64,000 nt of DNA from an uncultured virus (IMG/VR IMGVR_UViG_3300046171_000167) (lineage: Duplodnaviria > Heunggongvirae > Uroviricota > Caudoviricetes > Crassvirales): IMG/VR virus record IMGVR_UViG_3300046171_000167; one strand, written 5' to 3'. The notes under the pieces were generated by a model. The model had not been told where the DNA came from. It did not search any database and saw nothing but the letters and a program-made list of their open reading frames with translations. Positions 61,088 through 64,000 of the stretch are shown here, in pieces; within the stretch, counting starts at the first letter, position 1, and each line of letters opens with the position of its first letter. The position numbers were made by a program, and so were the translations under genes.

Positions 61088-61115
61088 TATTATCTATTTA
61101 TATTCGTGTTATCCT
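61088..61115 (-). promoter_or_regulatory. Class A promoter-like motif, copy 9 (heads the SSB/primase/nucleotide operon)
   Basis: TATTATC-tatttata-TTCGTGT-tatCCT. Confidence 0.75.
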
Positions 61116-61846
61116 TACAATGTTTCATTTACAAAGTATTGTTTAGGATCGAAGCCTGGTGATTTAAAGAATAAATCATAAGCATCATTCGCTTTCGCAA
61201 CCTTGTCTTCTCCTCTTGCAATAAAGTCAGGGGAGCAATCATATATACCTATCTGGTGTGTATTTTTATCTATCGCAATAAATATCATATCGTAACCGAA
61301 TAACTGTTGATATATATAAGCTTGACTATCATAATTATAACGCCGCGCTGAGTACCTAAAGCCGTTTAAATCATTTGTTGTTTTAAGATCAATTATACAT
61401 TGCTCGTCATGATTTATAATATCAGCTTTACCTTTCCATTTATTAGAACCTATCTGCCTAGTGCCTGGAGTTTCGTACTCTACATTTATACCGTGGAGTA
61501 GATCGTTAACATGGTCATTGTTCTTTATTTTATCTACCATCCTTTCAATCATATCCACTTCGTGCTGCAATAAACAAATTTCACCTTCAGATAGCTCTTT
61601 ATATTTCTTTGTATTCCTTGTAGAACTTTCTATAATTTTAAACTTCTTAAGTTTATCTGGTTCAAGAATAGCTGTGTGAAAATATCCACCTACCATAAAA
61701 GGAACTGAGCTGCCGGATCTTTCTCCTAATTGCAACGGGTTAGTTAATAATGTTGATATATCTGAATTACTTAGAAACTGTTTACCAAATTCACCATAAT
61801 ATTGATCATCATCTCTTAACTTTTCTATAATTTCTTTATTGTTCAT
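61115..61846 (-). CDS. PD-(D/E)xK exonuclease, RecE/ExoVIII-like
   Basis: LSNSDI, GGYFHTAILEP, KGKADII...IDLKTT, YDSQAYIY. Confidence 0.85.
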   Translation of the reverse strand: MNNKEIIEKLRDDDQYYGEFGKQFLSNSDISTLLTNPLQLGERSGSSVPFMVGGYFHTAILEPDKLKKFKIIESSTRNTKKYKELSEGEICLLQHEVDMIERMVDKIKNNDHVNDLLHGINVEYETPGTRQIGSNKWKGKADIINHDEQCIIDLKTTNDLNGFRYSARRYNYDSQAYIYQQLFGYDMIFIAIDKNTHQIGIYDCSPDFIARGEDKVAKANDAYDLFFKSPGFDPKQYFVNETL

Positions 61847-62384
61847 GCTTCTTTAGTTCTGCTAACGCTTTAACTGAAACGTTATATTTTGAATTAATAG
61901 CAGTTATTTTACCGCCGTTTTTAATATAGGCTACCGCTTTTTTAAATGCTTCTGTATTTAATTCTAATGAAGGTTTCTGTTTATTACTTTTACCTACGTT
62001 AGTTGCGTCTGCGTCTTGAGTATCGTCAATTAGTAATAAATTTCCAAGCGCATATTTTTTACCATAACTAGAAGCAGCACCGAACTGTTGTGCGGTTTGC
62101 ATACCTTTCTGGTTAAGATCTACACCTACAATAGCTGTCGCTTCAATAGGCATTCCCTTTTCAGAATCAATAATAGATGCAGTGGATTTAATAATCGGTG
62201 TTACGTGATTATCAATCAACTCTTCTGTAATTGTAAAGTATACTTTATACTTCTCATTAAATGGCTTAAGTGCTTCTAGGATGTCTTCGGCAGAACGGAA
62301 GTTGTATTTGCCGAACGAGTTATAACGTGATTTTTTTGACTTAAACTCTTTTTGAATTAAACTTAATTTATCGTGTATTGTCAT
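61836..62384 (-). CDS. ERF-family single-strand annealing protein
   Basis: YNFRSAEDILEALKP...QQFGAASSYGKKYALGNLLLIDD. Confidence 0.85.
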   Translation of the reverse strand: MTIHDKLSLIQKEFKSKKSRYNSFGKYNFRSAEDILEALKPFNEKYKVYFTITEELIDNHVTPIIKSTASIIDSEKGMPIEATAIVGVDLNQKGMQTAQQFGAASSYGKKYALGNLLLIDDTQDADATNVGKSNKQKPSLELNTEAFKKAVAYIKNGGKITAINSKYNVSVKALAELKKHEQ

Positions 62385-62437
62385 ATTAATATAATTACGT
62401 GTTTATAATTTTATTTAAACTAGTGATGTTATGTAAC

Positions 62438-63190
62438 TTAAAGGTAATCAAGCACTTGCGTAGGGTCTACGTTGTCAATAAGCTTGTCTATTGCTGCTCT
62501 CTTTATTTGTGAAACCCTAACATAGTTTGCTATACCCTCTAGCTTTAATTGTTCCGCTATATCCTTTGCTGAGTGTTTATCACAATCCAACCCGTAGGAT
62601 AATCTTATTACTTCATATTCTTTTTCATTAAGGTGTGTTTTCATTAACCCTAGTAAATAAGCATTAAGTAAATTAATATTGTAAGGCTCAGAGTTGTCGG
62701 GTATTTGAAAAAGATTATTCTCATCATTCTCTATCATTTCATCAGTACTTTTAAATATACTGTTAAAAAACATTTCAACTATCTTTCTATCTTTACCTTC
62801 GTTTTTTCTAATCTCTATTAACTTATGCTCGGGTATTTTTATATCACCTCTATTAATATCTATAGCTCTTCGTATTGCCCCCTTAATTCTTTTACTAAAG
62901 AAACTTTTTAATGTTTTTTCTATATCTTCTGAGTCAACTAACTTATCCCAGTCTAATCTGTCTACTGCCATTGTAAGACCTAAGCTACCTTCTTGTATAA
63001 AGTCAGCAATAGTTAAAACACCGGAAGCTTGTTGTGAAGTAGAAAACTTTCTCGCTATTGTTTCGACTAGCGGTAAAAATTTAACGATCAACTCATCTCT
63101 AGAATAGTAATCGTAGAATTTGTTATCAGGCATGGATTTTTTTATATCTTCCTTATACCTAATATAGTTTTGTATGTTATATTTTTTCAT
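62438..63190 (-). CDS. Phage-encoded sigma-70 family RNA polymerase sigma factor
   Basis: Region 2 (LVETIARKF...DFIQEGSLGL..AVDR) and region 4 HTH (LNEKEYEVIRLSYGL...RVSQIKRAAIDKL). Confidence 0.85.
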   Translation of the reverse strand: MKKYNIQNYIRYKEDIKKSMPDNKFYDYYSRDELIVKFLPLVETIARKFSTSQQASGVLTIADFIQEGSLGLTMAVDRLDWDKLVDSEDIEKTLKSFFSKRIKGAIRRAIDINRGDIKIPEHKLIEIRKNEGKDRKIVEMFFNSIFKSTDEMIENDENNLFQIPDNSEPYNINLLNAYLLGLMKTHLNEKEYEVIRLSYGLDCDKHSAKDIAEQLKLEGIANYVRVSQIKRAAIDKLIDNVDPTQVLDYL

Positions 63191-63803
63191 TATTTAATAA
63201 CTCTTTTTCTCTTTTTAAACCCTCTGTAATATTTCTGTATATCGTTCTCGTCGATACTTGTAATGACTTTGCTATTTTAGTTATAGTTATTTTTTTACCC
63301 TCATCATGTAGTAAGAGCATGGTATCGTAAATGTCTTCTGCTGTAGCCTTCTTGCTTCTTCCAATTAATTGGCCTACTATGCTAAGCTTTTCATTTGTAG
63401 ATAGCCCACAAAAATCTTTAAATATAACTTTCCTAGCTTTATTCTTAGGTGGATGTTCTAGATCCATCATGCTCACGTCATATATTATCCTCTCCAATGT
63501 ATTATCAGAGATTTTAAACGCTACAAAGCCATTCTGTTCTCTAGCAATTGTTTTAGCTAGGGATGTAAATTTATCTTGATCCAACTGAGGATTTAAATAC
63601 CACAAGACTAACAAATGCCACCTCAATGATTTATATGTAGTTATCTTTGCTTTACTTCTAAATAACTCATAACATTCATGTGTACCATTCTCATAAAAGT
63701 AACCCCAATCATACGTTTCTGAAGGTTTATCTTTTATTGGATACCTTCGGTATATAATTCTGTTACTATTTAAATAGTCCATTCTTCTTTCATACTGTGA
63801 CAT
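63177..63803 (-). CDS. C-terminal HTH DNA-binding protein (possible replication initiator or regulator)
   Basis: ITITKIAKSLQVSTRTIYRNI helix-turn-helix; start codon lies inside 47-bp copy C. Confidence 0.7.
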   Translation of the reverse strand: MSQYERRMDYLNSNRIIYRRYPIKDKPSETYDWGYFYENGTHECYELFRSKAKITTYKSLRWHLLVLWYLNPQLDQDKFTSLAKTIAREQNGFVAFKISDNTLERIIYDVSMMDLEHPPKNKARKVIFKDFCGLSTNEKLSIVGQLIGRSKKATAEDIYDTMLLLHDEGKKITITKIAKSLQVSTRTIYRNITEGLKREKELLNNEKI

Positions 63804-63842
63804 TAGCCTGTTACTCTATATTCATAACGACCTAACGTCGCA
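63796..63842. repeat. 47-bp imperfect palindrome, copy C
   Basis: TGTGACATTAGCCTGTTACTCTATATTCATAACGACCTAACGTCGCA. Confidence 0.85.
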
Positions 63843-64000
63843 TTAGAATAAAATTAATTGTAATCTTCTGTTGTATTTCCTAATTAACCTTGCTTTATTG
63901 GTATTTATAATACCTTCCAAAGCGTCGTGAAATATTTCACTATGTAGTTCTGCGATCATTTTTTGAACGAACGTTATGTGAACTTTTTTTCTTTTTAGTT
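63843..64000 (-). CDS. Hypothetical protein, partial (starts beyond the window)
   Basis: Open frame ...HITFVQKMIAELHSEIF...RRLQLILF-stop. Confidence 0.55.
   Translation of the reverse strand, partial: LKRKKVHITFVQKMIAELHSEIFHDALEGIINTNKARLIRKYNRRLQLILF

Noticed and set aside
1..64000. tRNA or rRNA genes, integrase, DNA polymerase
   Set aside because: None recognisable by eye. A polymerase could lie outside the window, so its absence from the genome is not claimed.

Overview
This window is most of the genome of an AT-rich tailed dsDNA phage. Its gene set and order resemble marine Bacteroidota (Flavobacteriia) podoviruses with crAss-like morphogenesis genes; the host is inferred. There are three blocks. 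(1) 1-4.5 kb, minus strand: small early/accessory ORFs, including a Gp88-like radical-SAM-type protein and a WYL_2/SH3-like protein, many preceded by a repeated promoter-like motif. (2) 4.8-52.6 kb, plus strand: GroEL/GroES, small basic proteins, holin, tail fibres and three LamG paralogues, a VWA protein, a second GroES-like protein, terminase, portal, scaffold, major capsid, ring and muzzle proteins, ejection proteins including a ~2,580-aa multi-enzyme protein, and an M15 endolysin. (3) 52.7-64 kb, minus strand: nrdAB, endonuclease I, MazG-like proteins, thyA, primase-helicase, SSB, RecE-like exonuclease, ERF, a sigma-70 factor and an HTH protein. About 20 or more single-base frameshifts split genes and look like sequencing errors. 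The main unexplained signals are: three copies of a 47-bp imperfect palindrome, one covering the start codon of the HTH gene; two promoter-like motif classes; a structured-RNA candidate; a long overprinted ORF inside terL; and peptidase, nuclease and HAD motifs hidden in the giant virion protein. All assignments come from reading motifs by eye; no database searches were run.
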